The notes beneath the pieces were generated by a model, which was given only the letters and a program-made list of their open reading frames with translations, did not search any database and was not told the origin of the DNA. A stretch of DNA of 64,000 nucleotides, taken from NCBI GenBank assembly GCA_011109175.1, contig RDEW01000055.1, positions 219,448-283,447 of the forward strand. The letters run 5' to 3'. The DNA comes from Dicyema japonicum (Eukaryota > Animalia > Dicyemida). Position numbers and translations under genes: made by a program. Shown here piece after piece: positions 39,111 to 52,050 of this stretch. Numbering within the stretch: the first letter of the stretch is position 1; each line of letters starts with the position of its first letter.

Positions 39111-39639
39111 TATAACAAAAAGTTTTAGTGTGTTTATTGTTTAGTTATAAAGTTAATTTTTAAGTTAAAAAATCGCCCTAGTAATGACAGAGTTTATGGT
39201 TACTAACAATTAAGGCAAGTGAAATTCGATAGAAATTTCCACCGATGTTTTTAAGCAACTGTGCTCAAGAGATCCCTTAACTGTGTCTCATGACTCATAT
39301 CATGCGAATCCTCTTGTATGTCCATAGAGCAAGAAGATAATAGAAATGACTATTAAAAATCACCGTTAAAAGAGGAAACAAAGAAATCTAAAAAACTGAT
39401 TAGTCTGGATAGTTCTCTTTTCACAATGAATGTATTTGTTTGAATGAACAAGTTTTTTGTGTATAGTAAATTTCAAAAAATTTCAAACTACTAAAGGATC
39501 TGGAAGCTAACAAAATTTAGAATTAATCAAAGATTTGAAACCAAATTCCCCAAAGTCATATTACACGCATCAAAAATAATTGCCAAATAATTTCTGCTTA
39601 TAAGCAGTTTTGTCAACGATTATTTACAATTTTGATTAA

Positions 39640-40530
39640 ATGAATTTTCTGTTTTTTGCATTATTTTCTCCTTTTGTCGGTAATTTATTTTGAAAACAAT
39701 TTCAGAGAACAGGCATTTAAACAAAAGATTTGATGTCGCCGTTGTTTTTAGTAAAAAAATTGTTTATTTAATATTTTAAATTTAGGAAGTCGGTTTCCAG
39801 TATAATTTTTATAAAGAAAAAAGTACATAAATAATTTGTTCAATTTGTCTCAAAAAGTATACACTTATTCATATTTCAGTTTTTTGGAGCAATCAAAATA
39901 CAATTAAACCTTAAAACAATATACCATACTTTCGAAAATTTGCCAATTAATACTAACAGTGCTGCTACATACGCACAGAAGAAAAAATATTTTAGTGGAG
40001 TGGACGCAGTTTTATTCTTTGAGTAAATATTCAAACTGATTCTCAGAGATGTTTATGTCAAACATGAAGGGGGTGGAAATATTTTAGGAGCTGCATTGAT
40101 AAAAACTGTTTGTACATTTCGAGCAATAGCAATTGTTTATAAAAAATCGACTGATGAAAGCACTTCAGAGACTATGTCTCATGAGCTATTCCACGTACTT
40201 GGGTTTAAGCACGTCGGAGATACTGCAAGTAATTGCAATAGAAATTGTTTAATGAATCGTTATGTTGGAAACAAAAAGTATAAATTTTTTTTATAATTTT
40301 TATACATGTTTCAAAATTAACAATCGACACTGCATTCAAAAACAAATGGAAGTGCCTTGCACCAAGTAATGATTTGTTGTAATTTTTGTAAATGTTCATA
40401 ATGATGTCCCCAATAATGAAGGGGCCGCCGATGATAATAAGTCAACTGGAGCTAATTTCTGGATTTACGCCTTTCTTCTTTTCCTGGTAAAATATTTTCA
40501 TTATATTTTAGGGTCTTAATTAGATTATTA
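39640..40530 (+). CDS. Minimal reprolysin/ADAM-type metalloprotease, copy 2
   Basis: Spliced frame FFGAIKIQLNL..GVDAVLFF|EDVYVKHEGGGNILGAALIKTVC..MSHELFHVLGFKHVG..CLMNR. Signal MNFLFFALFSPFV. One homopolymer frameshift near 39815 and an AG>AT acceptor near 40305. Confidence 0.78.
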
Positions 40531-41180
40531 ACCATTACTAACTTTATAACAAAACTATAAAATGTGTGTTCTGCCTCGTGGACCGATAGCTAGTGTAGCT
40601 CCTCGTAAAGTGCATTATAATTATTATCATCCTGCAATCATCTCCTAGTAGAAATTTTAAATTAGTTTTAGCGCCCATTCTCTTAATTCAGAAATCAACT
40701 AGGATAATTTTTATGATTGCCAATTATAATTTTAATATAAACCTAAGTGATTTTTCAATAACAAATAGAATCTTTCATAAAAATCAATACGCGACTGGGA
40801 TATCAAATAGAAGATTTTTATAAAATACTGAGTAGTTATTGAAGATAACTGAAAACCTTATGTTAAAACCTCAAAACATAATAATTTCTCGATAAATTGT
40901 TAATTGCTTTTTCACGTTGTATTATGCTAATATTACAAATACATCTCTGAACCCACACATTAATATGAATCATAATTTTTTATTATTAGTATTAAGATAT
41001 AGCCAATTTAGCTTTACGGAACCAATTATTCATCCATCTTTAATTATAGTAATCTTAATTGTTTTAAATGCTGATATTTATATTTTTAAATTTAATGATA
41101 TTAACTTGCTTCCTGCAGCGTCTGATCCATTTGTATTATAGATCATTAATTAGTTTAAATATATAGCTAATATATCATAA

Positions 41181-41755
41181 GGATTGCACCCGCTGTCCTG
41201 CAGAAGAAGCGCCGGAAGGGGACCACGTCATGCTGCTCTGAATGATGTGATCGTCAGAGCTCTGAAAGCTTCAGGCTTCCCAGCACAGCTTGAACCAGTG
41301 GGTCTTGATCGAGGAGATGGGAAGAGACCTGACGGGATGACCCTTTTCCCTTCACGTCTGGAAGATCTTTGGTCTGGGACGCAACTTGCATAGACACGTT
41401 CTCAAGCACGAACATTTTTAAATCTGTTCAGACACCTGGAGCAGCTGCTTCGACCCGCGGAAAACCTAAAAATCAAGATATTCTTGCCTCGGGGATCGCT
41501 ACCGATTTACTCCTGTTGCGACCGAGAATCATCGGGAGCCGTTGGTCCAATGACGGCTGAATTCTTGCAAGAACTCGGAGGATTGCTTGCCAGAAAGAAA
41601 AGGGATCAACGAGAAGGGCTATGGCTAAGACAAAGATTGGAATAGCCATACTCCGAGGGAACTCGTTCGCAATCCCACGCAGCAGTCTTCCTCAACTGAT
41701 ATTTGTTTAATTGTTAAAAAAATTTTTTAATTTAAAAAAAAAAAAAAAAAAAAAA
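41181..41755 (+). mobile_element. 5'-truncated CRE-like insertion with poly(A) tail and 9-bp TSD
   Basis: [38 protein letters not shown]-run at 41734-41755. ATATCATAA at 41172-41180 and 41756-41764. Confidence 0.9.
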
Positions 41756-41799
41756 ATATCATAAATCATTAAAATCATGAAAATTTGTTTGCAAAAGTC

Positions 41800-42050
41800 A
41801 ATTAAACATGGATGGGTAAAAATGATTTTTAAATTAATTTTTCGATTAATTAATTTTATTTTCTGAATAAAAAAGTATTCGGAATATGTTCTCCACACTA
41901 CTCTTTACAGAATTACTATTGATATGCTGAGTCTCCAATTGAATCAGTAATAGATCCTCTATTTAAAGAAGCAACAGTCCTAGATATTCGGGATAATGCA
42001 TCTTTGCAAAGTCTATATTATTATGAATGTGAAAGTATATCATTACTAAA
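41800..42050 (-). pseudogene. Partner gene 'Y' copy 4 (3' part only, truncated by a CRE element)
   Basis: Minus-strand MHYPEYL(R)TVASLNRGSITDS. The flank 41764-41820 matches the cassette spacer TTAAACA(C/T)GGATG. Confidence 0.55.
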
Positions 42051-42085
42051 TTTTTTTAAGATAATATTTAACAGAGAAACAAATA

Positions 42086-42650
42086 TTATTTGAGGAAGCC
42101 GGCTGCGTGGATCGCGAACGAGTTCCCTAGGAGTATGTCCATTCCAGTTTTTTGTCTGAGCCAGTACCCTTCTCGTTGATCCCTTTTCTTTCTGGCAAGC
42201 ATTCCTCCTAGTTCGCGCAAAAACTCAGCCGTCATTGGACCAACGGCTCTCGATGACTCGACCGCAACAGGTGTAAATCGGTACCGGTCTCCGAGGCAAG
42301 AATATTTCTTGATTTTTAGGTTTTCCGCGGTTGAAACAGCTGCTCCTAATGTGTAAACCGATTTTAAAAGATTCGTGCTTGAATATGTGTCAACATAAGT
42401 TGCGTCCCAGACCAAAGATCTTCCTGTTGTGTAAGGGAATAGAGTCATCCCGTCAGGTCTCTTTCCATCTCGATCGAGACTCACTAGTTTATGTTGTGAT
42501 GGGAAGCCTGTAGCCTACAGAGCTCTGACAATCACATCGTTTAGAACAGCGTAACGTGGTCTCTTCCAACGCTTCTTGTGCAGGACAGCCGGTGCAATCC
42601 TTTCGCATCGACTATTTTCCCTTCACCGGCATCGGTGTTCCTGGCAAACG
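42086..42650 (-). mobile_element. CRE-like 3' fragment (RLE), inverted relative to 41181-41755
   Basis: ORF 42086-42484: [37 protein letters not shown]. Confidence 0.88.
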
Positions 42651-42689
42651 TCTAGTTCTAGTCTCTGTCCGCTTCCAATCCTCAAAAAG

Positions 42690-44260
42690 TCATCGTCCAA
42701 AAAAGTCCCTAATCCCTAAAGGAATACGAATTTCCGCAGTATCGTGTCTTTCAGATGCCATTGATCATGCACTTTCCTCTGACAGTTGGGAATCCCGTCG
42801 CACTCGGAATACCTACAACGGAATCTGAAGACAATAATAAAGAAACAAACTCCCAGCTCAACTTATCCGGGAAACTGAAACGAAACATAATGAATTTCAG
42901 CATTCATAACATACACGCAATACTTGAACAGTCACTTCATGTCAATGATGTCGAAACCATATGAGCATACACTAAAGATGTCTCAAACAAACTAAAGAAG
43001 TGAGTAAACCGGAAACTTCTGGAGGGCGACTGAGGGCAGTTTTACGGTTATCACGTCTGATGACACTGTATTGTCTTGTATTCCCGAAATCCTAAATACC
43101 TTAACACTGAAGCACCCTGAAAAGTTTTTGAGTCCTGAAGGAAACCCAGAGATTATCATTACCGAATCCGAAATGCGCTGCGGAATAGTTTTCTTCACCA
43201 CCAGCAGCGGCTTGGAAGGGTTACGTCCTGGCTATATTAAGAACCTTACGTCCACTTACACCTCGGAGGCTGGACGCTGTCTTGTCAAATCAATTACGGA
43301 CCTAATCAGAAAGATGGTTAACGGTGACATCCCAGAATATGCCAGAGAATTGCTCTTCTCCGCAAGGCTACTTGCATTCAAAAAAACCAATGGGGGAATC
43401 TGCCCCATTGCGGTCGGGAACTATTTCAGAAGACTTGCAGCAAAGGTAGCATCGACCCTGATGAGCCAACAACTTAGAGAGGAGTTCGTTCCTAAACAAA
43501 TGAGTGTTAGTATCCAGACGGATGTGAGGCTGCGTTTCATGCAGCAAGGCGTTTCTTCACATAGAAATATTTCAAATAAATGCATTGGAATCAAGTTGGA
43601 CATAAAGAATGTACTCAATAAATTATGGAAACGTGTTGGAAGGGCTCCAAAGCTTTTCCCTTTGTCAAATTATCCTATGGGAAGATACGTCTGGTTTTTG
43701 AAAATGAAAATATTAAATCAAAAACGGGGTCCAACAAGGAGATCCTCTCGGACCTCTCTTATTTACCTGATCATTGATGATGTTGTGAGATCAATTGATG
43801 CACAGCTAAATCTCTGGTATCTCGACGATGCCACAATTGGAGGATGATTCAAAGAAACTTACAATTCACTACGTAAAGCGTTACCCGCTTTAAAACACTT
43901 GGGCTTGGACATCAATGTTAACAAATCCGAGCTAATAAATGTCTCATATCCAAACACCGACTTCTCTCTATCAAAGAGTCTTTTAACGAACTGCTCCTGG
44001 GATCCTGACTGTGCCAGTTGATAAATTATATTTCCTCGGATGCCCACTCAGCGAAGAAGAACTCAAGAACCATATACTTTCCAAAACACGCCTCGCGAAA
44101 AGATCGTCATGTCTCGACTCTCACACATCCTTCTTCCTGATGAGAAACAACATCGGACTACCCAAGCTTTTATATCTACTCCGATGTTCATTCTGCTACG
44201 AACAATACGACAGTCTAGCTGGAGAAGCCTCCGGGTCTCACGTACGTCTTGGCTCTTAGT
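42690..44260 (+). mobile_element. CRE-like RT region, degenerate
   Basis: SGLEGLRP, ARLLAFKKTNGGICPIAVGNYFRRLAAK, KLDIKN, NLWYLDDATIGG, LRNNIGLPKLLYLLRCS. Confidence 0.88.
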
Positions 44261-44261
44261 G

Positions 44262-44470
44262 TAGCTAGGCGTCCAATTTTCTTTAGGATTCATAGCGATT
44301 TTCCACTTATTTTCCAGTTGTCTCGACCACAGAGAGATAGAAAGCGAATCGCGCTTCGAAATTCTTCTCTGCTCTCATCTTTCTTCAGTGGCATGGAGTG
44401 TGTTTACCTCGCTCCCAACAATGTTGGATTGGCAAAGGGGGTCGACACAAGTAGCATCCCAGACCAAACA
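44262..44470 (-). mobile_element. CRE-like 3' fragment
   Basis: Reverse complement reads VWDATCVDT..AEERRISK, homologous to the other CRE 3' ends in the window. Confidence 0.6.
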
Positions 44471-44482
44471 AAAATTATCATA

Positions 44483-46116
44483 CAGTACGACCCCGCCCCA
44501 ATAAAACCGCGGCCTTGGGGCACCCTCTGTGGGGAGATTTTTTGTTAATAAATATTATTTTGAATGATTTTTTACATTTTTTGACCAATAGGAAGCCTAA
44601 ATTTAAAATACAAAACTCCGCTTATTGGGCCACTTTTTCAGTCGATAATATTAAAATTTATTATTTCATTTTTATCTTTATTTAATTAATTTTAAAATAT
44701 TTTTAAACATGACTGCGAAGCTCGCCACCTGAAACAGAAGATTTCCGATTTTTTAATGAAAGAAAATAGCATAGTGGTTAGGTGTCGGGCTAAAGTGGCT
44801 TAGGTTATGGGTTCGTTTTCCCCTACTGTTCACCTGGTGGAAGGTTCCACGCATCTACGATGCTAAAAGGGTTTGACGAGTGACGCCGTCATCAGTGGAT
44901 ACTCACTGCGGAACTGGATTGTCTAGAAAGGACCCACACACAAGAAAAAAGAAGTGAAGATCATTCCTTGGTTCTACGATTAGTTAAAATTAACTGTTCT
45001 TTACTTAAGTAAAGTGTGTGTCCTGCCTATGCGGAGCTATAAATATTATGGCTCTCGTGAAAAGGTTTTAAAAAAATATGTCGGAAAAAAATTTTTTTCA
45101 ATTATACGATATTGGAAAAGGAAATGTCTCACGAATTAAAAAAGAACTCGGAAAAGGGTATTCAAAACATAAATATGCTCTGGTGAACTCTCATCTAAGA
45201 AGTTCGAATCAGATCTTTCTATTCGAATTGATCGATTAGTATTCGAAGTCTAAAAAATTTGAGAGAGGATGGTTTTTCAGTTTCAGGATTTTTCCTCAAA
45301 TCTATTGCAAGAAAATTGCAGCTAACCTTGACTTCAATAATTTCAAATATCAAATGGATGGTTGGATCGATTTAAAAAGTGCCATGAATTATTGTTCAAA
45401 GTAAATTCGGGTGAAAAGAACTCATGTGACAGAAATAGAGTCAAGATTTTTTACGAGAAAAAAATATTTTCAAATGCGACGAAACCTCTCTTTTTGTTAA
45501 AAAATTCATGTAAATCATTTGTCTCTTCAAATGATGATTGTTTTGGTAAAACGAAAAGCAAAGAACGATTTTCAGTTCTTTTATGCTGCAGTCTTAAAGA
45601 TGAGAAATTAAAGCCCCTTGAAGGTGAGAAATTTAAATCGCCAAGATGCTTATAAAATATACAAACTGAGGATTATGGGGTATATTTCATTAGGTTATTT
45701 TTAGGTTTTGTACACAGCGTCGAAAAATGCTTGGATGACGACTTATATTTTTGATAAATGGTTACAAAAAAAACTTTGAAATGGTCAAAAAACAGAAAAA
45801 ATTTTGATTCTTATGGATAATGCACGGTGCCACAAATTTTAAGAAAATTCAAACTTATTATTTCTTAAATTTGCTAAAAATACAACAGCACTTCTTCAAC
45901 CTTTAAATCTGGGGATCATAAACTCTTTCAAAACATACTATAACAACGTTCTTTATGAAATGATATGCCTAACTGATTATTTCTCATAAAATAAATCCTC
46001 TTTTTTATCGAAACAACATATTTTGTTATTAAAAATACAAATAGTAGCTTTAAAATGTAAGAATTATATATGCCTTTTATATTTGGGGCACTTTTCTATT
46101 GGGGCGGGTCGTACTG
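44483..46116 (+). mobile_element. pogo-family DNA transposon with TIRs and TA TSD, carrying a SINE insertion
   Basis: TIRs CAGTACGACCCCGCCCCAATA / TATTGGGGCGGGTCGTACTG, flanked by TA (44481-82, 46117-18). Transposase KSKERFSVLLCCS..EKLKPL, ILILMDNARCH, LLQPLNLGII. Confidence 0.88.
44767..45068 (+). mobile_element. tRNA-headed SINE, copy A (~300 bp)
   Basis: A-box-like TAGCATAGTGGTTAG and B-box-like GGGTTCGTTTTCC. Core and tail are shared with 49573-49912 (-) and 60927-61089 (-). Confidence 0.7.
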
Positions 46117-46129
46117 TACATTGATTTTG

Positions 46130-46520
46130 TTGCAGAAAAGTGGTTTTCGATTAGTATCGGAATATGTTTTTCTGGTCTTTCAAATTCTCACTTTTCCACG
46201 TCATTTGCGTGTCACAACTATTACACAATTGTGCTCTAAGAATAAAACCCTACTTCACAGATGTTGATAACTTGATTTCTCTTTAAAGGCTGCCACGGTG
46301 AAAAACAAAAGATAGAGGAAATGTTCTCACAAATAGGAAATCCACCCGAAGTTGTTTTCACAAGATGGGGAAGCTGGCTATAGCAGCCAAATCTTACTCA
46401 AAAATTATTAAAATTGTCTCTGAATTTGAATGAGATGGAGTTTTAATCAAAAATGTTTTGATCGTTAATTATTTTGAGCCAAAAAACCAGTTAATATTCC
46501 CACGTTGTTTTCAAGTTTAA
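46130..46520 (+). mobile_element. hAT-like (DUF659-type) transposase fragment
   Basis: HNCALRIKPYFTDVDNLISS-KAATVKNK..IGNPPEVVFTRWGSWL (TRW motif). Confidence 0.6.
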
Positions 46521-46744
46521 CCGAAATCATTGTTGCGGAAGCTCAGCCTCAGTTGAAGGGCTCCTTCGACGAAAATTCTAATAATGATAGAGTTATAAGT
46601 TTACCTTCTATTGATGTCACTTGACATTATTTAGCATATCGTCACTCTCAATTCATTTACATTGAAGTTGTATATTTGTTTATCTAAATTTTTTTTAAAA
46701 CAATAACAATTTATTGAGGAATAAAACCAAATAGTTAAAGGCTA

Positions 46745-47455
46745 CTGGCTGCTCTCAGGATTGAGAGCGCATTTCCCTTACAATCTGTAAGGAGATGCGC
46801 TCAATTAGCCAGCCCTTCTCTCTGACATCCCTCCTCCTTTTAGCGACTAACGATCCAATTTGTTGAGCAGGGCTAACGACCTGCTTCCTACGACTCCGAA
46901 GTTTCGACTGCGACTGGTTCAAATGTGTATTGCTTGCCGAGGCATGTGTACTTCTTTGCTTAAGTATTTCTGCTTTCTCTGCAGCTGAGCCTGGATTTGT
47001 CGCACTCATTGTAATATGGAAGAAGGGAAGCTATCTACGCAGGTGGCATCCCAGGCCAGGTACTTCCCAGCATCCCACGGGAACAGAGTCGCTCCATCCG
47101 GCCTTCTGTTTGCCGTGCAAGTCCTAGGGGCCCCATCTGGACAGGGAACCGGCAGCTTTCTAGTCCCCACACAATAACCTTGTTGATTGCACTATGTCTT
47201 AGGCTCCTTCCAGCGCTCCTTCGGCAGGAAAGTGCGTGGAGTCCTTCGCGTCGACTATTCCTCCACATCTACAGCGATGGATTGCCGCAAACATCGATTC
47301 CGAGGCAAACGCAAACCACAATCCTCGTGGAGTCATCGTCCAGAAAAGTTCCGAGTGAAATGCACAGGAATGCTTTGAGCCATGCACCACTTACGTTTGT
47401 TGATGCGGTAGCCAGACAAGCCAGACGATGCTGGTAGAGTTGTGGTTTTAGCTCA
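46745..47455 (-). mobile_element. CRE-like 3' fragment
   Basis: [32 protein letters not shown] / LAWDAT, HTFEPVAVETSG. Confidence 0.85.
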
Positions 47456-48639
47456 TCGATGGTCCTTGAACATACAAGTTCGTTCCAGTCTCGTTGTTGT
47501 TGTAGTTGAAGTTCTTCGTGAGTCCTAAATTAGACTCAACATAATCTAAATCACTTTGGAACGTGATACATTTATTGTCACTTACCATTTATGGTGCAAG
47601 ACGTAATAAAATGGCTACTGTGGTGTCTAATGTGTTTATGTCAGGTAAATTATTAATTCTAACAATTTTAGGTTAAACGAATCCTTGCGACTAACTCGGT
47701 AATTACACCTATTATAACCATGCTGTTCACGATACAACAAAACAAAGACCATTTGAATTTTTTTCAATGTGAATCTTTCTAAAAATATAAAAAAGGAAAC
47801 TAGAATCGCTACTGGAGTTTGACGACCAAAATGAAAAGGAGAAGCATTGTTCATCGCCTCGGAAAAATTTAGAGGGACAGGAAAAACGAAGAATTGCCAT
47901 GGAAAATATTGTCAAAAATGGAAATACTACGAAATTGAGACGGGATAAAATTTTATAACGTCACGACGGGGACGCAAACGCCTAATAGAAAATACCCATT
48001 ATACGACCAAATTTCAGCGAAAAAAAATATAGTAACGAAAACCGAAAGAGAAATGATCACAATTCTATATGAAGATCACTGTTATGGCGCATTCCAATCA
48101 GTAAGGTCATTGAAAAGCGTAAGACTGCTATTAGAAAATATCCTGGTTAATTTCCTATCAACTCACTTCTAACAAGAGCTATTGAATCTTTCGTCTAATA
48201 AACATTTCAAAATAACAGATCTATCATATTTATTAGTATTTCACAGATGCTATGTAAAAATATCTGATTTTCTGATTCTATTCACCGACTCAAGATCAAT
48301 GAGGTCACTAATGCTTTCGAGCTCAGTGCGTTCTATTAATATGATTTTCCTTGCATAAGTTGAACGTAAATTTTACAAAACTTGTTTGAAAGTATTGGGT
48401 ATCGTTCAACTTCCTTCTATTCAAAAGATAACTAGATATTTTTGAGTTTTTTACATGCATTTATTAAAGGTTGGAAAAAATTGGTTTTATCTACGAAATC
48501 GATATAAATATATGTGAATACACAAATAAATTTTTTCCATAAAAACAGAAAATTTTATTGAAATTGGCTATCTACTTAAAATAATTCTGGTCAAAGAAGT
48601 AAAACTTTTTTATTAGTTAAAAAGTTTTAAAGAGAGTAA

Positions 48640-48735
48640 ACGGTTATATAGCGGCTAACCTGAGTGTGTGGCTATTCCCTCTCAGGATGGCGAAAGAGAT
48701 TCGCTCAAATAACCAGCATCGCTCACGAGGGTCGA
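48640..48735 (-). repeat. Short CRE 3'-end remnant; related remnant at 61268-61510
   Basis: GAGTAAACGGTTATATAGCGG..GTGGCTATT(C/T)CCT..GAGATT(C/T)GC(T/A)CAAATAACCAGC is shared by 48645-48720, 61270-61355 and 29350-29415. Confidence 0.6.
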
Positions 48736-49572
48736 ATAACTAGAAGCGCTCACATTATTAAATTATTATCTAAAAACCAAAATTTTTAACCTGAAAACGT
48801 TTTTAATGACATTATTCTATATTTTAATAAAGTTTTTGATTAGTTTTTTTTCATATTTAAAAATTTTCATAAAGTCAAAAATGGCCCAAATATTGTTAAA
48901 AAATGAGAATTAGGTAATAATTAGGACGACAGAATGGCGAAGGCGACACAATTAGCAATAATTAGGACGACAGAATTAAGTCAATTTTTTGGTAAAAATT
49001 TCTGTCAAATAATAAAACATTGCACAAACTAATGTCTAGGTTCGGATCCTCTTTGGATCAAAATTGGATGAGACTCTTATACCGTTAGTGGTTGATTAGT
49101 TGGAAGGCGACCTACCTCCATTGCACGAAATTTTTTCACTCCCACAAAATCGGTGTAACCCTCGTTATATTTTGGGAGATAATGAATGAAATGTCTGACT
49201 CGGGAGGCATAGAATATACAAAGTTAAAGGAATCTCCGGATACACTGTGCTCTGGGTTTGAATCTTCCCTATTGAAGAAATTGGGTAAGTCTCAAGTGAA
49301 AGGGCGTAATGGCTTAATCTTTTACGTATATCGAAATAGATGAAAGACATTTCTCATGACTTGTGAGACCCCATCACAAGAGGATATCTCCGTACCTACC
49401 AGGAATGTTTACAAAGAATAATTCACTTGTCAACGACATATCGCAGATTCATGTAACCTCTATCGGAATGGAAAGTAGGAAGATTCGAACACATCTGCTT
49501 TCTCCTGTACTTAAGACACTGAATAATCCCGGCACGTGACATTTTATGTCTAAATTTGGTTATGCAACTTAT

Positions 49573-49912
49573 AATTTTTGAAACAGCCTTGCCGCCAAGG
49601 AGTAGTAATGTCTCCATTATAGAATCTCAGCTTAAGCAGAACTTACACGTTATTTAAGAATTAAGAACAGTAATGCTAACTTTGTCCGAGCCATTATTCC
49701 AAGGTTGAACATGTTCCTGACTTTGCTCGTTCTTTTTCTTGTGAGTCCTATATGACAATCCGTTCTGCAGTGATGAAACACTGATCACTTTGTCACTCGT
49801 CAACCCAAGAGGATTGTAAATGCGTGGAGCCTTCCACCGAGTAGACAGAAGCGAGATTCCAAACTTGGGACTCCTGGTATTGGGTCGGAACTTATTACAC
49901 TGCGCCATCCGA
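49573..49912 (-). mobile_element. tRNA-headed SINE, copy B (diverged)
   Basis: TGGCGCAGTGT..GTTTGGAATCTC head. Core GTGGAAGGCTCCACGCATTTACAATCC..GACGAGTGAC..CAGTG..CACTG..GGATTGTC and tail ACTGTTCTT..AAGG align with 44837-45068. Confidence 0.7.
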
Positions 49913-50085
49913 CTTTCAGGAAAAATTGGATGCATATAATCTGAGGAATAACTTAGGTAACGGAAAGTTTAAATTAAAAACAATATTATTTAGTTTAGTT
50001 TAATAATTACAAATAAATAATAATTTAATTCCACAATAGATTATTGTATTCTAACACGTATAGTTAATTTGTATTATTTCTAGTT

Positions 50086-50828
50086 ATGGCTTATCATGCA
50101 CTTATAACGCATATTTTGGGTCTCCCACCAGTCTCCCGAACATACCTCACATTCTGTGTAGCCACATCACTGCTTGTGGTTTGTCTCAATAGTTACATAG
50201 AAAATCGAGTTGTTGACTCCTCTACATCTATTTTTCAACTACAGCCTCGTCTTCAAGCATTTCGAGGTAGATTGTCCTAATATCAGCTATGCGAGAATCA
50301 TCACCTCCTTCCTATTCTTCGGGAACATCAACATTTCTTCTTTCTTCATTGCTCTTCATCCTACCAGTACTGCATGCTCCTCGAGTCTGGTTCTTTCAGT
50401 GGGAGGACCGGGGACTTTGTCTACCTATTCCTCCTCTGTGGGTTTTTGATACTAATATCCGCCTGTTTTGTCAACATTGGCTTCCTCGGACAAACACTGA
50501 TGACTGTCCTTGTTTACTTGTGGAGCAGACGAAATGAGTTTGTTCCTCGTCAACTTTTATGGGGATCATCACATTCCGAGCTCCCTATCTTCCCCTTCGT
50601 TATTTCTCCCTCGGATTATATTTTGACGGGACCTTCCTTCAGGAATTAATAGGGATCTCCATTGGCCATCTTTACTACTTTTTAGAGGACATCCTCCCTC
50701 AGCGAAATGGGGGAAAGAGACTGTTGGAGACGGGCCAAAGTTTATTTGTCTTTAGTTTATCCCAGTAATCCATATCGATAGACAAGTGGGTACCACCTCC
50801 CGAGAACCGACCTGGGGGATATAATTAA
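50086..50828 (+). CDS. DERL2: Derlin-2/3 (ERAD rhomboid-like pseudoprotease)
   Basis: LPPVSRTY, LTPLHLFFN..FKHFE|.W-RIITSFLFFG, LESGSFSGRTGDF, LVYLWSRRN, FRAPYLP, GHLYYFLED, ENRPGG. Introns of 22 and 20 nt. Several frameshifts. Cannot distinguish DERL2 from DERL3. Confidence 0.88.
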
Positions 50829-51289
50829 TATATTTGATATTATGTTTTATTAAATTGAGTACGCTTGTTACGCTATTGCATCTATTAGTGTCAAATATTG
50901 TATTAGTACGTGTGTGTCACATTTATGGTAATTGTCACATAATATTACAGTTTGACACTGTTTGGGGAACCGATTTTTCAAAATGCTAAGATGCAGAGGC
51001 TCCAGTTATACTGTCTAAATAGAATTTCTATATGGCGATGTTGGACTATGATACCTAGTTGTACCAAATATGTACTAATTTATTTACTACTGGTTCTCTC
51101 TAGTGATGGAAACTAGTCACTACTAATGCGGACGCTCACATAGATACGGCAGGTGTGTTTAATTATAGCAAAGTTAATAACTTTAAGTCACCAAATTTTA
51201 AAAATTGAATAACTTGTTAATTTTCGAGGGTTAACTATAATTTTGTTGGTTGAGGTTGTGGCGCTCCTTATAGTTCTGTCTAATACACG

Positions 51290-52050
51290 CTTTGATGATT
51301 ATAAAGAAATTTTATACCATACAAAAACCGAACAAAGCAATGAACCAGTAGAAATTCTCCGCCCGATCATACTTCTGAACTCGATACGCAATGTACTGGC
51401 AAACATTGCATTAAGCCGTATTAAGGATGTGGCGGATCTATTCCTACCAGCAAGTCAAAGTGGGTTCCGAGAAATGAGGTCTACGGCAGACATCGTATGA
51501 AGCCATAGATGGTGCTGTGCAACGCACCAAAGATTCCAGAGCGCAACGACCGTGTTGGGAATAGATCTCTCCAGAGCTTTGATTCAATAAACAGACAGAA
51601 ACTGATGTATGTGTTTGAAAAAATATTGGATGAATCCTCGGTTAGGATAATCAGACTACTACTTGCGAACACAAGACTATCTGTGAGGACAGAAGGAGCA
51701 ACTTCCCGCAGTTTCAAAACAACGATTGGGACACCCCAGGGTGATTCCCTCTCCCCTTTACTATTCACCATATACCTTGCGATCTCCGTAAATGCTATAT
51801 AGGAGACATAGAAAAACATCTTATGCGGATGATGTAGATTTCGTATCACGGGACGCGACCGCACTCCAACACACACTCGAAAATGCACCTGCGGAGCTTG
51901 AGAAATGATTTCTCAGCGTAAATGTAAACAATACTGAAATTACGGTATTCAAAAGAGAAGACGATACTGATAAGCTCGGCTCTCTACTAGGAGACGCTGA
52001 AGATGTACTAAGGAGGAAAACACTGGCAAATGCGGCAATGGCTAATGCAT
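51290..52050 (+). mobile_element. Degenerate RTE-like RT fragment
   Basis: LRPIILLNSIRNVL, QSGFREMRSTAD, GTPQGDSLSPLLF, YADDVD. Confidence 0.85.

Larger units (their letters stand above)
37760..39559 (-). pseudogene. Partner gene 'Y' copy 2, interrupted by a ~1.2 kb insertion (~37997-39180)
   Basis: 37760-37995 matches 740-955 and 39181-39559 matches 960-1343. Block MHYP-HLRSVASLNRRYIND. ATG ACT TTG GGG AAT TTG at 39559. Confidence 0.6.

Noticed and set aside
49090-49560. Possible DDE transposase or host gene (FHSDRGY) downstream of SINE B
   Set aside because: No consistent frame or second motif could be established.
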